64,000 nucleotides of DNA from an uncultured Chloroflexia bacterium (GCA_963797095.1 CAWCNY010000004.1:96001-160000), one strand, 5' to 3'; positions 17,715 through 28,579 are shown, counted from the first letter of the stretch. Numbers and translations: made by a program. Notes: generated by a model from the sequence alone, not told the origin.

Positions 17715-20117
17715 TCACTTTTCCACAGGCACAAGCTTGGCGTTCAAGATGGCGAAGCTGAGGCGACGCGGATCGGTGTTCAATCCCAACTCTGCAGGGC
17801 TGCTCGTACCGTCCGGGCTAACAAAGGTTAGAGTAGAGACTCCCTGTGGCAGCCCGAGCGGCCCACTGGTGGTAAAGGTTTGCAAGCCTGAGACGACTTG
17901 ATCGACGACCAGCTGATCACCGTGGAAGATCTGCAACCTCCGTGGTGGCCCCAGGCCGCTTGCCTGGAATGTTAGGTAGGCGTCCATCTGTCGCGGAGAG
18001 TCGATCCTGAAGGTTGCCTTGTCACCCATCCAACGGAACGTGCCGTTGGGGCCGATTTCTCTTGGCTGCCAGTCGGCCCCGACACTCAGGTATGGGACCG
18101 TGTTCTGGGGAGCGGGAACGTTGTACACCTCAAGCTCATCATCCTCGTAGAAGGGCGTGGCATCCGCGCCGAGCACCATCTTGATCGCATCGCGGGAGGG
18201 TGTGACGTCCACAGGCGGGTCAATGCGGTGGGGCGCTCTGCTCTTGTAGAGTACGATGTACTTTGTATTGTATTGCTGGAATGCTGAGTACCACTGGTCC
18301 GGCCCGCTTTCGAACATGTCGCCGTGGCCGTCGAGGTAGGTTAGCTCCTGGTAGCCGGGAGTGCTCTCAAGGAAGGGGTGAGGGTATTCACGGCTGATGT
18401 AGCCGCCGAAGATGTGCTTCCCATGTACTGTCTGGAAGTACATCCGGTATGCCCCGTGCCAGAAATCGTCCTGGGGGGGCAACTCCAATATGGAGAAATC
18501 ACCCTGTTCTTTGCCAAGCTCATAGAACCATGCCGGGACATCGGCTTTCAATTGCGGGTAGGGGATCGGCGCAAGCTCCAGCAGAATGAAGCCTAAAGTC
18601 CCTGCGCACAGCAGCGCGCCACGACGCTCTAGGTGCAATCTCGGCAACCACCGTGATAGGAGTACGCTCGTGCCGAAACCGGCAAGTACACCCAGGCAGA
18701 GAGTCAGGGGCATATCGAACCTGTCGGGGCTGCGGCTGATATTGAGAACGGGCAGGTCTCCCACCAGATTGTAGGGCATCGGGAATGGCAAGTTGATCTG
18801 CGCCCCATTGACCTGCAACACCGGACCCAACGCGAGAAGGAAGAAAAGGAGAGTGCAAGCGCCCCAGAACCATTTGCTGGGCAGCGCGACGGCCCTCGGG
18901 CTTGCGGTGGAGATTTCCGCTGTATGCGCTGGCGAGTCCGCGCCGGGAAGATCGCCTGTCGTTATGGCAGCGGATATTTCGGAGTTGTTCGAAGTTTGGC
19001 TTTGGAGGCGAGGCCGCAGCTTGCGCGTGGCGAAGAGGGCTACTCCCGCCAGGAAGAGAGCGGTGTAGGTAAAATAGACCTCGTAGCGGTCTGCACCGAA
19101 GGGCCAGTAGTCGCGGTTCAAGAAGAACTGGCCCCAGAGTTTGTGCCCGCGCATCGGCTCGAAGAAGGTGAGCAAATCCGCCGAATGCATCAAGGCTGCG
19201 TCGGCAGTCGGGAGCATCGAGTCGGTAGTTCTTAGCTCGCGAAGCATAGGAATAAGGATGGGGCTAACGATTATGAGGTATGAGGCGACCACCACAGCCC
19301 CGCGTAGCCATGGTTCGCCCACTCCCCTGAGCCATACACGACCTACTACAGGAGGAGATCCCTCCGTTGCCTGGTTCTCGTTTGGCTTGCGTCTCACTTG
19401 CTGCACGATAGACCTCAGCAGCAGGTAGAGCAAGACCAATCCGGCCAGCATGAGGCTGTACATGGTGTAGTACCAGTCGACCAGCGATACCAGCAGCAGA
19501 AATAGGGCCGCAGGCAGGGCGCGCCGCCAGGCCCAATTGAACCAATCGCGCCAGGTGTTTGACGGGATCGCAAAGACCGCTTTCAAGAAGAAAAGGAGGA
19601 AGAAGGGCACCCATTCCAGCGATACAAGTTGCAGGAGGCTACGCATTGTCGCCACGTGATAGGCGGAGTATGCAAACACCACACTGCCCACGAACGCGGC
19701 CCACTTGTTACCACATAAATAGTGAAATAAGAGGTACGCCCCCCACCCGCACGTGACAAACGAGAAGAGTATGACGATGTTATACGTAGTCTGGAGCGAA
19801 AATACCGTCATCAAGGGAATAGCCAGCAGGCCGTTGAACACATTGAGCGTGTGGTAGTAGAGACTGATCGGCGTGGGATACCAGATCATGTCGGTCACAA
19901 ACGGATTGTGCCCGCCCAGCACGGCCTGCCCTGTCCACCACAGGTTCCAGAGGTTCTGATCGCGATCTTCGCGCATGAAACCCGGCACCGTCGTACCTGA
20001 GCCCGGTAGAAAATTAAGCACCAGGGGCCACGTGAAAAGGACCGAAAGCCCAAGATGCATGAGGAGCGCGCCAAGGTGCCAACCCCACCAGAGCGATTCG
20101 CGCTTTGTTGTGGACAT
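17715..20117 (-). CDS. Polytopic GT-C/YfhO-like membrane protein
   Basis: DxxQNLWNLWW, TDMIWYP, HSADL, LALGP, RSPDRF, YFQTVHGKHIFGGYISR; C-terminal beta domain. Confidence 0.75.
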   Translation of the reverse strand: MSTTKRESLWWGWHLGALLMHLGLSVLFTWPLVLNFLPGSGTTVPGFMREDRDQNLWNLWWTGQAVLGGHNPFVTDMIWYPTPISLYYHTLNVFNGLLAIPLMTVFSLQTTYNIVILFSFVTCGWGAYLLFHYLCGNKWAAFVGSVVFAYSAYHVATMRSLLQLVSLEWVPFFLLFFLKAVFAIPSNTWRDWFNWAWRRALPAALFLLLVSLVDWYYTMYSLMLAGLVLLYLLLRSIVQQVRRKPNENQATEGSPPVVGRVWLRGVGEPWLRGAVVVASYLIIVSPILIPMLRELRTTDSMLPTADAALMHSADLLTFFEPMRGHKLWGQFFLNRDYWPFGADRYEVYFTYTALFLAGVALFATRKLRPRLQSQTSNNSEISAAITTGDLPGADSPAHTAEISTASPRAVALPSKWFWGACTLLFFLLALGPVLQVNGAQINLPFPMPYNLVGDLPVLNISRSPDRFDMPLTLCLGVLAGFGTSVLLSRWLPRLHLERRGALLCAGTLGFILLELAPIPYPQLKADVPAWFYELGKEQGDFSILELPPQDDFWHGAYRMYFQTVHGKHIFGGYISREYPHPFLESTPGYQELTYLDGHGDMFESGPDQWYSAFQQYNTKYIVLYKSRAPHRIDPPVDVTPSRDAIKMVLGADATPFYEDDELEVYNVPAPQNTVPYLSVGADWQPREIGPNGTFRWMGDKATFRIDSPRQMDAYLTFQASGLGPPRRLQIFHGDQLVVDQVVSGLQTFTTSGPLGLPQGVSTLTFVSPDGTSSPAELGLNTDPRRLSFAILNAKLVPVEK

Positions 20118-20242
20118 ATCAAGGATTCTATCAGAGCGAACAGCCACCTGCAAAGTTTGTCGCGCCCCGGCTCGGTAACGGGTGTGCGTATGTGATATAA
20201 TGTGCCTTACTATCCGCATAGCATAAGAGCACAAGAACGGAT

Positions 20243-21706
20243 ATGATACTCCTCTACAACCCACGAGCCGCCGAATTCAGATGGCGGCTGCCCATTTCGG
20301 TAATGTCGCTTGCCGCCGTTTTTGAAGGCAAGTATGAATGGCGTATTGTCGACGGCAACCTCGACAAAGACGCGGGGAATACCCTGCTCTCGACAATAGA
20401 GCATCACCCTGAGATCAAATACCTGATGGTGACTGTGATGCCCGGGCCGCAGCTGACCAGAGCGGTGCCGCATACAAGGGCTATCAAAGCGAAATTCCCG
20501 CACATTACGGTCATATGGGGCGGTTATTTTCCATCATCGCACCCGGATGTGTGCCTGCGCGACCCCGCCATTGATTACGTGGTGCGCTCGCAAGGAGAGC
20601 TAACCATCCTTGAGTTGTTGGATATGCTGGAAAACGGCGGCTCTCCGGCTAACATCGACGGCCTTTCCTACCGTGATGGCGACACGATCAAGCACAATCG
20701 CAACAGAAAGCTTGTAGACCCAAACGAATTTCCGGTGCTCCCCTATGAGAAGGTAGAGGTCCATCGCTACGTCAAGCCGACCATGCTCGGGAATCGCACC
20801 CTCTCGTATCACTCAAGTTTAGGTTGCCCATTCACCTGCTCATTTTGCTCTGTCACCAAGAACTACTTCGGACGGTGGTTAGCCGAGAAGCCTGAGCGCA
20901 CGATCAGCACGATCAGGGTGATGCACGAGCGCTACGGCATGAACGGGATCGAGTTCCACGACAGCAACTTCTTCACATCCGAGAAGCGAGTGGCGGCTTT
21001 CTCGGAGGGAATCAACGGACTTGGCATCGGTTGGTGGGGCGAGGGCACGATTGACACCATCATGCGTTACGACAACTCCACCTGGCGTGTCATGAGCGAC
21101 GCCGGGTGCCGTATGATCTTCATGGGCGCGGAAAACGCCTCTGCCACCACTCTCAAATTCATGAACAAGGTGCTTGCTCCCGAAACGACACTGGCGATGG
21201 CTGAAAAGTCGCGGCGCTACAATATCATCCCTGAGTTCTCCTTCGTGCTTGGCAATCCGCCCGACCCGGATGCCGATATCGAGGAGAATATCAAGTTCAT
21301 TTATACGATCAAGAAGATCAACCCCGCTTCTGAAATCATCCTCTACCTGTATACGCCGACGCCCGGTGACGACAAGATGTTCGCCGAAGCGCTAAAGGCA
21401 GGCTTCAAGTATCCCGAAACACTGGATGGGTGGCTGGCCCCCGAGTGGGCCACATTCTCACGCAGGCGCAACCCCCACACACCCTGGATTACGCAAAAGC
21501 ATCTCGACCGACTCAATAACTTCGAGACGGTGCTTAATGCGCGCTACCCGACCGCTTCCGACCTCAAGATAAGGCCCTGGCACAGGCACGTGCTACAAAC
21601 GCTCGGTAGCTGGCGCTACAGCACAAAGTTCTACTCGGTGCCCCTTGAACTCAAAGCAATGTTCAAATTCATTTCATACACGCAGCCCGAGCAGGCCGGC
21701 CTCTAA
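20243..21706 (+). CDS. Cobalamin-binding radical SAM protein 1
   Basis: N-terminal B12-binding fold (VIWGGYFPS, DYVVRSQGE); CPFTCSFC; MGAE; TGn-TATAAT at 20196. Confidence 0.9.
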   Translation: MILLYNPRAAEFRWRLPISVMSLAAVFEGKYEWRIVDGNLDKDAGNTLLSTIEHHPEIKYLMVTVMPGPQLTRAVPHTRAIKAKFPHITVIWGGYFPSSHPDVCLRDPAIDYVVRSQGELTILELLDMLENGGSPANIDGLSYRDGDTIKHNRNRKLVDPNEFPVLPYEKVEVHRYVKPTMLGNRTLSYHSSLGCPFTCSFCSVTKNYFGRWLAEKPERTISTIRVMHERYGMNGIEFHDSNFFTSEKRVAAFSEGINGLGIGWWGEGTIDTIMRYDNSTWRVMSDAGCRMIFMGAENASATTLKFMNKVLAPETTLAMAEKSRRYNIIPEFSFVLGNPPDPDADIEENIKFIYTIKKINPASEIILYLYTPTPGDDKMFAEALKAGFKYPETLDGWLAPEWATFSRRRNPHTPWITQKHLDRLNNFETVLNARYPTASDLKIRPWHRHVLQTLGSWRYSTKFYSVPLELKAMFKFISYTQPEQAGL

Positions 21707-21777
21707 AAGTGTGTAGGTCAACGAGGCGGATTTTTACGCCTGCCGGCTTGTAATTTCACTCGTCACTCGTCAAAAAC

Positions 21778-22974
21778 ATGCGCCTGGCTCTTGTTATTCC
21801 CGGCTTCCAATCTGACGCCGAGGATTGGTGCATCCCGGTTTTCACCAACCTCGCCCGCGAATTAGCCGAGCAGATCGAGTTGCACGTATTCGCGCTCCGG
21901 TATCCGCACCGCCGGGAGGACTATATGATCGGGCGTGTGCACGTTCATGCGCTTGGCGGTGGTGCTTTCGGCCGGTTCCGCATCTTCGGCCTCAGCCTGG
22001 GCCGGTTGTGGGCCGATTTTCATGGTAAGATCGAGCAGGTGCATGCCTCTACACCTTTCGATGCCGTTATGGGCATCTGGGCAACCGAGTCTGGCTGGCT
22101 GGCCGTGCGGGCCGCCCGCGAGTTGGGCCTAGGGTCGCTTGTACACCTGGCGGGTGGGGAGGTCGTCTCCATCCCTTACGTGCCATACGGCAATCGTGGC
22201 TCGCGACTGGAAGGCGGGATGGTCGTCGATAGCCTGAACTACGCCGATATTGTTACCGTGCCCTCAGAGCCGATGGAGCGCGCCCTGCATCGTATGCCCG
22301 ATATTGACAAAAAGCAGGTGCTTGCGAAGGTCAGGCGGTGGGCACCCGGCGTTGATACCGATCTCTTCTCACCCGAAGTAGCCGACAGACCGCCAAGCGG
22401 GCCGTTCACCTTCGTCACCGTCGGCTCGCTGCTGCCGATCAAGGGTCACAGATTGCTTATCCGCGCCCTTGGACGCTTGCGAACCAAGATGCGTTCGGAC
22501 TTCAATGTACATCTGCGTATAGTGGGTAGCGGCCCAAAGCTGCGCGATATCGAGTTGGAGATCGAGTACCAAAGACTTCAGGGATATGTCACCTTCGATG
22601 GCGAGGTAACGCACGACCGCCTACCCGATATCTACCGGCAGGCGTCGGCCTTCTTACTCGGCTCCTTCCATGAGGCGGAATGTATGGCGCTCCTGGAAGC
22701 GATGTCGTGCGGCCTACCGTGGGTAGCGCCACCTGTAGGGGTTGTGCCGAACGTGGCACGCACCGATGCGGGCGAGACCCCCTCAGGCATGATTTTTGAC
22801 AGCCGCAATCCCGGCCCTGTTGCCGCAACTTTGCGCTCCATGATCGAGTTGACGCCCGCCGAGCTCGCGCAATGGGGAGGCCAGGCACGCAACAGGGTGG
22901 TGCGCGACTATGAGATGAGGAAGCAAACCGAGCGCTTGTTGAGTATTGTTGGCGAGTTGACAGGCGATAGTTGA
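21778..22974 (+). CDS. Glycosyltransferase family 4
   Basis: GVDTDLF, VGSLLPIKGH, E-x7-E (EAECMALLEAMSCGLP). Confidence 0.9.
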   Translation: MRLALVIPGFQSDAEDWCIPVFTNLARELAEQIELHVFALRYPHRREDYMIGRVHVHALGGGAFGRFRIFGLSLGRLWADFHGKIEQVHASTPFDAVMGIWATESGWLAVRAARELGLGSLVHLAGGEVVSIPYVPYGNRGSRLEGGMVVDSLNYADIVTVPSEPMERALHRMPDIDKKQVLAKVRRWAPGVDTDLFSPEVADRPPSGPFTFVTVGSLLPIKGHRLLIRALGRLRTKMRSDFNVHLRIVGSGPKLRDIELEIEYQRLQGYVTFDGEVTHDRLPDIYRQASAFLLGSFHEAECMALLEAMSCGLPWVAPPVGVVPNVARTDAGETPSGMIFDSRNPGPVAATLRSMIELTPAELAQWGGQARNRVVRDYEMRKQTERLLSIVGELTGDS

Positions 22975-23054
22975 ATTGTCTATCATAAGCTAATCCGTAA
23001 CCTCCATCGTACTGACATGAGTGCGCTACGGCCTCGCGCACGATGGGAATTTAC

Positions 23055-24602
23055 ATGGCAGAAGTCCTCTTAGGACAATCATATTACTTGACGTTCGATC
23101 CAAAGGAGTGGGAGGGGATGAAGCCTTACCCCCCACTGGGTACGCTTTACGCCGCCTCATACATCCGCAATCGTGGCTACAATGTGGCCCTTTTTGATGC
23201 CATGCTCGCTGCTTCGGAAGAGGAGTGGGCGCAGGCGCTTGACCGCCATAAGCCACGCTTCGCCGTCATTTACGAGGACGGGTTCAACTACCTCTCAAAG
23301 ATGTGCCTCACCCGCATGCGTGAGGCCGCCTTTGTCATGGCGCAGGAGGCCAAGCGCCGAGGCTGCACCGTCCTTATCTCCGGCTCGGACGCTACCGACC
23401 ATAAGGAGAAGTACTTCGAGCATGGCGCGGACGCTATCATCATTGGAGAGGGCGAAATCACGCTCGCGGAGACGCTCGACGCACTCACAGGCAGGACCGA
23501 CGCGGATCTCAAGAACATCCCCGGCCTGGCCGTGCCGGACAACCCGAATCCCCCCGCGCGCGGATTCGAGAAGCAGCTCGACCTCTTTCCGTTCCCCGCC
23601 TGGGACCTCGTTGACATCGACCGCTACAGGAAGGTCTGGCAAGAGCGCCATGGCTATTACTCGATGAACATGGTCACTACGCGTGGCTGCCCCTATCATT
23701 GCAATTGGTGCGCCAAACCGATTTACGGCCAACGGTATAATGTGCGCTCGCCCGAAAGCGTCGCCCAGGAATTGAAGTGGCTGAAAGACAATTTCTCGCC
23801 TGACCACATCTGGTTTGCGGATGATATATTTGGCCTTAAGCCCAACTGGATAGAGCGCTTCGCCGCTGAGGTCGAACGGTTGGACGCGGGAGTGCCCTTC
23901 AAATGCCTGTTGCGTGTAGACCTGATCAAGCCGCGCGTGCCTGAGGCGCTTCGACGCGCCGGGTGCGAAATCGTGTGGGTGGGAGCCGAATCCGGCTCGC
24001 AGAAGATACTCGATGCGATGGACAAGGGCACGACCGTCGAGCAGATTTACGCCGCCGCCCGCAATCTGCACGCCAACGGGATAAAGATCGCATTCTTCCT
24101 CCAGTTTGGGTATCCCGGCGAGGAAAGGAGCGACATCGAGCTTACCCTCAAGATGGTGCGCGATTGCAATCCCGACGACATAGGCATGTCAGTCTCCTAT
24201 CCACTACCGGGCACCAAGTTCTTCGAAAACGTCAAAATGCAGCTTGGCGACAAACATAACTGGATCGATAGCGGCGATTTCGAGATGATGTACCACGGGC
24301 CTTATGGGTCTGACTTCTATCGCCAGTTACACCGCGTTTTGCACAAGGAATACCGCGCGCACAAGATCTGGCGGTCTTTGAGGGCACGCTCACATGGTGC
24401 CAACGAACACCGTCCAACCCGGCGCAGCGGACTACGCGCCACGGCCCACGACCTCGCCTTTATGATCTACAACTGGGCGTCTCTTCCCTCTGCCCGGCGC
24501 AAATTGAACCGTCTTGCGGTCAAGTCGAATCGATCCATTGGGCTTCTCCCCCAAATCATGACACCAGAAGCCGCCGCCAGCCCAACACCACAACAAGAGT
24601 AG
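23055..24602 (+). CDS. Cobalamin-binding radical SAM protein 2
   Basis: KPYPPLGTLY, IGEGE, TRGCPYHCNWC, FADDIF, GAESGSQKILDAM, YPLPGT. Confidence 0.92.
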   Translation: MAEVLLGQSYYLTFDPKEWEGMKPYPPLGTLYAASYIRNRGYNVALFDAMLAASEEEWAQALDRHKPRFAVIYEDGFNYLSKMCLTRMREAAFVMAQEAKRRGCTVLISGSDATDHKEKYFEHGADAIIIGEGEITLAETLDALTGRTDADLKNIPGLAVPDNPNPPARGFEKQLDLFPFPAWDLVDIDRYRKVWQERHGYYSMNMVTTRGCPYHCNWCAKPIYGQRYNVRSPESVAQELKWLKDNFSPDHIWFADDIFGLKPNWIERFAAEVERLDAGVPFKCLLRVDLIKPRVPEALRRAGCEIVWVGAESGSQKILDAMDKGTTVEQIYAAARNLHANGIKIAFFLQFGYPGEERSDIELTLKMVRDCNPDDIGMSVSYPLPGTKFFENVKMQLGDKHNWIDSGDFEMMYHGPYGSDFYRQLHRVLHKEYRAHKIWRSLRARSHGANEHRPTRRSGLRATAHDLAFMIYNWASLPSARRKLNRLAVKSNRSIGLLPQIMTPEAAASPTPQQE

Positions 24603-24662
24603 GGCATCTCTGCCCTCCCTTTTTCTTCGCCTCCAATGGTTCGTCCGAATCCTTCAGACCTG

Positions 24663-26105
24663 ATGGATATACTCCTCACACACGGCTACTTCCTACATGA
24701 AGACCCTCACGAGTTGAAGGTGATGAAGCCTTACCCACCGTTGGGGATCCTCTATATTTCATCTCATCTGAAGGCGCGAGGGTTCGACGTCGGCTTGTAC
24801 GATACCACCTTCTCGACCATGGAGGAATGGCGCGCGTACATAGCCAAGACTCGCCCCCTGATCGTTGGTATTTACGCCAACTTGATGACAAAGCTTAACG
24901 TAATACCGATGATAGCGTGGTGCAAGCAAGCGGGTGCCGCTGTGATCGTGGGTGGCCCGGAGCCTCCTCACTACGCCGAGCAGTTCCTGGACCGGGGGGC
25001 AGATGTTGTGGTCACCGGCGAAGGCGAACATACTCTTGAAGAGCTTATTCCGGCGCTCAGTCGATTCGGGCCGCACGGCCTGCACGACATTGCCGGAGTT
25101 GTCTTCCGGGACGAAATGGGAGTAACGCACAAGAATCCGCCGCGAGGTCAGATAAAGAAGCTGGATGACCAGCCTTTCCCCGACCGCGAGTTGATCGACA
25201 TTCAGCGATACGTAGACACGTGGCGAACCCACCAGGGCGTCGGTTCCGTTTCCCTCATAACTGCTCGCGGATGCCCTTATACCTGCAAGTGGTGCAGCCA
25301 TTCGGTTTTCGGCAATACGCACCGCCGCCGCTCACCTGAAAACGTGTTGGCCGAGGTTGAGTTGCTGATCGAGCGCTATAAGCCGGACCAATTCTGGTAT
25401 GCCGACGACGTATTCACGATCCACAGGGGCTGGACGTTGAAATACGCCCAGCTTCTTAAGGAGCGTGGAATAAAGATTCCGTTCGAGTGTATTTCGCGGG
25501 CCGATCGACTTGATACCGAAGTGATCGAGGCATTGGCCGGGATGGGATGTGACCGCCTCTGGATCGGCTCGGAGAGCGGCAGCCAGCAGGTCCTGGACGC
25601 GATGGACCGGAAGACGCGCGTAGAAGATGTACAGGCAAAGACGCATCTTTTGAGGAAAGCGGGTATCAAGACCGGCATGTTCATTATGCTTGGATACGAG
25701 GGAGAGGAGGTTTCCGATATCGAGGCCACGGTGGATCATCTCAAGAAAGCGGATCCGGACCTCTTTCTCACAACGGTGGCTTACCCGATCAAGGGCACTC
25801 CCTACTATCACGAGATCGAAAGTCGCGTAATTGAGACGCTTCCCTGGGACAACCGCACCGACCGCGACCTGACCGTGGCAGGACGCCACTCCAGGCGCTT
25901 CTACTCCTATGCCACGCGCTGGATGGTGAATGAAGTGGGCTTGCACAAGATGCGCCGCTCCCGCACCGGAAGCCTCCCCAGGCTGACCAAAGCATATATT
26001 AATTCGCGAATTGGCCGTTTGGGAATGAGGCTAACGCATCGCGAAGTGGAGAGCAATCCAGCAGGGCGCGGACAGCTTCACACCGAAAACATCGTGCCGT
26101 CTTAG
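24663..26105 (+). CDS. Cobalamin-binding radical SAM protein 3
   Basis: KPYPPLGILY, VGGPEP, GEGE, ARGCPYTCKWC, YADDVF, GSESGSQ, YPIKGT. Confidence 0.92.
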   Translation: MDILLTHGYFLHEDPHELKVMKPYPPLGILYISSHLKARGFDVGLYDTTFSTMEEWRAYIAKTRPLIVGIYANLMTKLNVIPMIAWCKQAGAAVIVGGPEPPHYAEQFLDRGADVVVTGEGEHTLEELIPALSRFGPHGLHDIAGVVFRDEMGVTHKNPPRGQIKKLDDQPFPDRELIDIQRYVDTWRTHQGVGSVSLITARGCPYTCKWCSHSVFGNTHRRRSPENVLAEVELLIERYKPDQFWYADDVFTIHRGWTLKYAQLLKERGIKIPFECISRADRLDTEVIEALAGMGCDRLWIGSESGSQQVLDAMDRKTRVEDVQAKTHLLRKAGIKTGMFIMLGYEGEEVSDIEATVDHLKKADPDLFLTTVAYPIKGTPYYHEIESRVIETLPWDNRTDRDLTVAGRHSRRFYSYATRWMVNEVGLHKMRRSRTGSLPRLTKAYINSRIGRLGMRLTHREVESNPAGRGQLHTENIVPS

Positions 26106-26196
26106 TATCCGACTCGAGTTGTCAAGAGTCAATTTGCGTGCCCAAGCACGGATAGACTCAGCTTCAAGGACCCCGCTCACCACGTGAGGGCATTGC

Positions 26197-26241
26197 AAAA
26201 TAGCCGAAGTTGGCAGCTTCGCCACCAACTTCGGCTATTTT
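26197..26241. terminator. Bidirectional terminator
   Basis: Perfect 17-bp stem aaaatagccgaagttgg / ccaacttcggctatttt between convergent operons. Confidence 0.85.
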
Positions 26242-26327
26242 AGCGCAGGATTTCGCGGACTTGACAGAGCCTCGGATTTCAGGGTGTTTCGTGCTTTGGG
26301 CGCTATCATAGATCCTGAGTAAGTGAT

Positions 26328-27254
26328 CTAGGCGGCCCCAGACACCTGCACTTCCAGGTTCAACGGCTTGTTCCCGCGAATGAGCGTTAATTCCATCTTG
26401 CCTTCGGTGACGCCCTGCGATAGCGCCCTTCTCAGGGTCGCCGTGTCGGCCACAGGCTGGTCCGCGACAGCCAACAGCACGTCGCCGAGGCGCACCCCGG
26501 CCTTCGTGGCGGGACCATGCGGGTCGAGGCCGATCACTATTACTCCGGAAGTTACCTCGTAGCCGCCTTCGCCACGGCTGTTGATGCGCACCGGACGCAC
26601 ACCCACGCCCAGGTAGACACGCTTGCCCGCTCGAGCCAGCCAGTCAAGGGCGACATGACTCGGCACCGCCACCGACAGGTCGCCGCCGAAGATCATCGAG
26701 TTGACACCAACCACCTCTCCACGTGAGTTCAGCAACGGGCCGCCGGAGTTACCCGGAGCCAATCTGACATCAGAGCGTATGTAATCGGCGCTTCGCCCCG
26801 TCCGCACGCCCGTAATCTTGCCAAGACCACTGACGATGCCCATCGTGACAACGTCCTTGTGGCCCCACGGGTGGCCAACCGCGAAAACAAGCTCGCCGAC
26901 CCGTAGATGCGATGAATCGCCAATCGGCAGGGCAGGCAGGTCTTTACCCTCCACTTCGAGGAGTGCAAGGTCGAGCGCAGGATTTTCGGCTGCAAGCCGC
27001 GTGTCGAACCGGCGTCCATCGTTCAAGTGTATCTGAGGGCGTCCACCGGTTCCGGCGACCACATGATAGTTGGTCATGATTTTTCCGTCGCCGCCCCAGA
27101 TTATTCCAGCACCCGCTCCGCGTCCCCGACCTCGCACCTCTACCACGCCTGGGCGTGTACGCGCCACCAATTCTACTATCGCATCAGAGATCGACGGTAT
27201 CGACGTGGCGGGTGCCTTGGACTGCTCCACAGTAGCTAGAGCCATTTCATTCAT
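26328..27254 (-). CDS. HtrA-like S1C serine protease with PDZ, no signal peptide
   Basis: TNYH, DLALL, PGNSGGP; YLGV PDZ start. Confidence 0.9.
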   Translation of the reverse strand: MNEMALATVEQSKAPATSIPSISDAIVELVARTRPGVVEVRGRGRGAGAGIIWGGDGKIMTNYHVVAGTGGRPQIHLNDGRRFDTRLAAENPALDLALLEVEGKDLPALPIGDSSHLRVGELVFAVGHPWGHKDVVTMGIVSGLGKITGVRTGRSADYIRSDVRLAPGNSGGPLLNSRGEVVGVNSMIFGGDLSVAVPSHVALDWLARAGKRVYLGVGVRPVRINSRGEGGYEVTSGVIVIGLDPHGPATKAGVRLGDVLLAVADQPVADTATLRRALSQGVTEGKMELTLIRGNKPLNLEVQVSGAA

Positions 27255-27314
27255 CCTTCTTCTAATTCATTAACAATGCGTCAGTAGTTCGTCCGCCGGC
27301 AATCGAGGGACTTA

Positions 27315-28241
27315 CTACTCACGCTCACCGACCGTAATATCAAGGCTGCGAAGCTCGCCGCCCCGGATTACCTCTACAGGCACAGTTTTGCCCACTCGCT
27401 CCCCGGAGAGGAGTGCAAGTAACAGTTCGGCGTCCGTCACGGTTTTTCCGTCCAATCCAACCAGGATGTCGCCGATCAACAAGCCACCTTTGGAGGCAGG
27501 GCCATCTTCGTCAACATGGACTACCAGCAGCCCGCTCTCTTGCTTGCGCCCTGCGCGCTGATTTTCGCCCAGTTCCACGCCCTGGCTGGCGATCCCCAGG
27601 TAGCCCCGCTTGATAGTGCCGCTCTGCAAGAGCGCATCGGCCACACGCACAGCCAGGGCCGAAGGAATTACCACCGACGAATTGCCCAGGATGCCCGACG
27701 TCATGATGCCCAGCACCTCGCCATCTGTGCTCACCAACGGCCCGCCGGAAAAACCGGGATAGGGGCGAGCGTCGGTGGTCAGATACTGCTCAAGGAGCAC
27801 ACCTTCTCGCGTTCTCAGTGGCCCACCGACCGCGCTCACGATTCCGCTGCTGGCCATCGGCTGGCCGCTCGCCGGTCGCCCCACGGCCAGCACAAACTGG
27901 CCCACCTTCGCACCGTTGGCGGTAGCCGCCGCCTCCAGGCCCAGGCCCTCTACCTTCAACACGGCCAGATCTGTAATCGGGTCGCGACCCGCCAATTTCG
28001 CCTTGAAAGTCTTCCCCTCCGGGGTTTCGATCTCTGGATCATCGCGCTCAAGCACGTGCGCCGCAGTCAGTACAACATCGTCCTTCAAGACGATGCCCGA
28101 CGCCGCCTGCCGTTCGCGTCCATTCACCAGCACTACAGACTTTCCTACCCGCTGGACGGCACCGGCCAACTGACTCGAAAAACTAGCCAGTGCGTCTGTC
28201 TTCTCTTCAGTCGCTTCCATTTTGCTCTCCATCCGTTTCAA
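27315..28241 (-). CDS. HtrA-like S1C serine protease with PDZ, no signal peptide
   Basis: TAAH, DLAVL, PGFSGGP; RGYLGI PDZ start. Confidence 0.9.
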   Translation of the reverse strand: MKRMESKMEATEEKTDALASFSSQLAGAVQRVGKSVVLVNGRERQAASGIVLKDDVVLTAAHVLERDDPEIETPEGKTFKAKLAGRDPITDLAVLKVEGLGLEAAATANGAKVGQFVLAVGRPASGQPMASSGIVSAVGGPLRTREGVLLEQYLTTDARPYPGFSGGPLVSTDGEVLGIMTSGILGNSSVVIPSALAVRVADALLQSGTIKRGYLGIASQGVELGENQRAGRKQESGLLVVHVDEDGPASKGGLLIGDILVGLDGKTVTDAELLLALLSGERVGKTVPVEVIRGGELRSLDITVGERE

Positions 28242-28579
28242 ACCATCTCTGTTGAATCGCCAATGGCGCGTGTCGGCTCGCCGCCCGCGCTCTCCTCTTT
28301 CTCGCCTTCGGCAGATTTATCAGCAGCGTCCTGTTCGGTTGTAGCGCTGTCTTCCGAAGACTTGCCTTCCGCAGGTCTCTTGAAGATCATATAGCTCGTC
28401 TCGGCGGGCCACAGTGGATGCACGCCGGCCAGTTCCCAACCGTCCTTGCCGAGGTGATCAAGCACTGTGCGCACAAAGGCGCTGCGGCGCTCGCCCCTCT
28501 CCATCATGATCTCCTGTCCCTCGATTGAAACGCGGCCACGGAAGTCCACGTAGGCCACTCTATATTCCCATTGTGCCAT
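28238..28579 (-). CDS. DUF4177-like small protein
   Basis: QWEYRV...LGKDGWEL...IFKRP; SD GGAGGT. Confidence 0.7.
   Translation of the reverse strand: MAQWEYRVAYVDFRGRVSIEGQEIMMERGERRSAFVRTVLDHLGKDGWELAGVHPLWPAETSYMIFKRPAEGKSSEDSATTEQDAADKSAEGEKEESAGGEPTRAIGDSTEMV

Noticed and set aside
20243-26105. Naming the radical SAM genes bchE or hpnP
   Set aside because: Only the shared fold is visible; no bacteriochlorophyll or hopanoid context.
27516-28394. Long antisense ORFs (also 41864-42739, 45706-46596, 46770-47648, 59081-60037)
   Set aside because: Shadows of well-supported genes on the opposite strand in GC-rich DNA.
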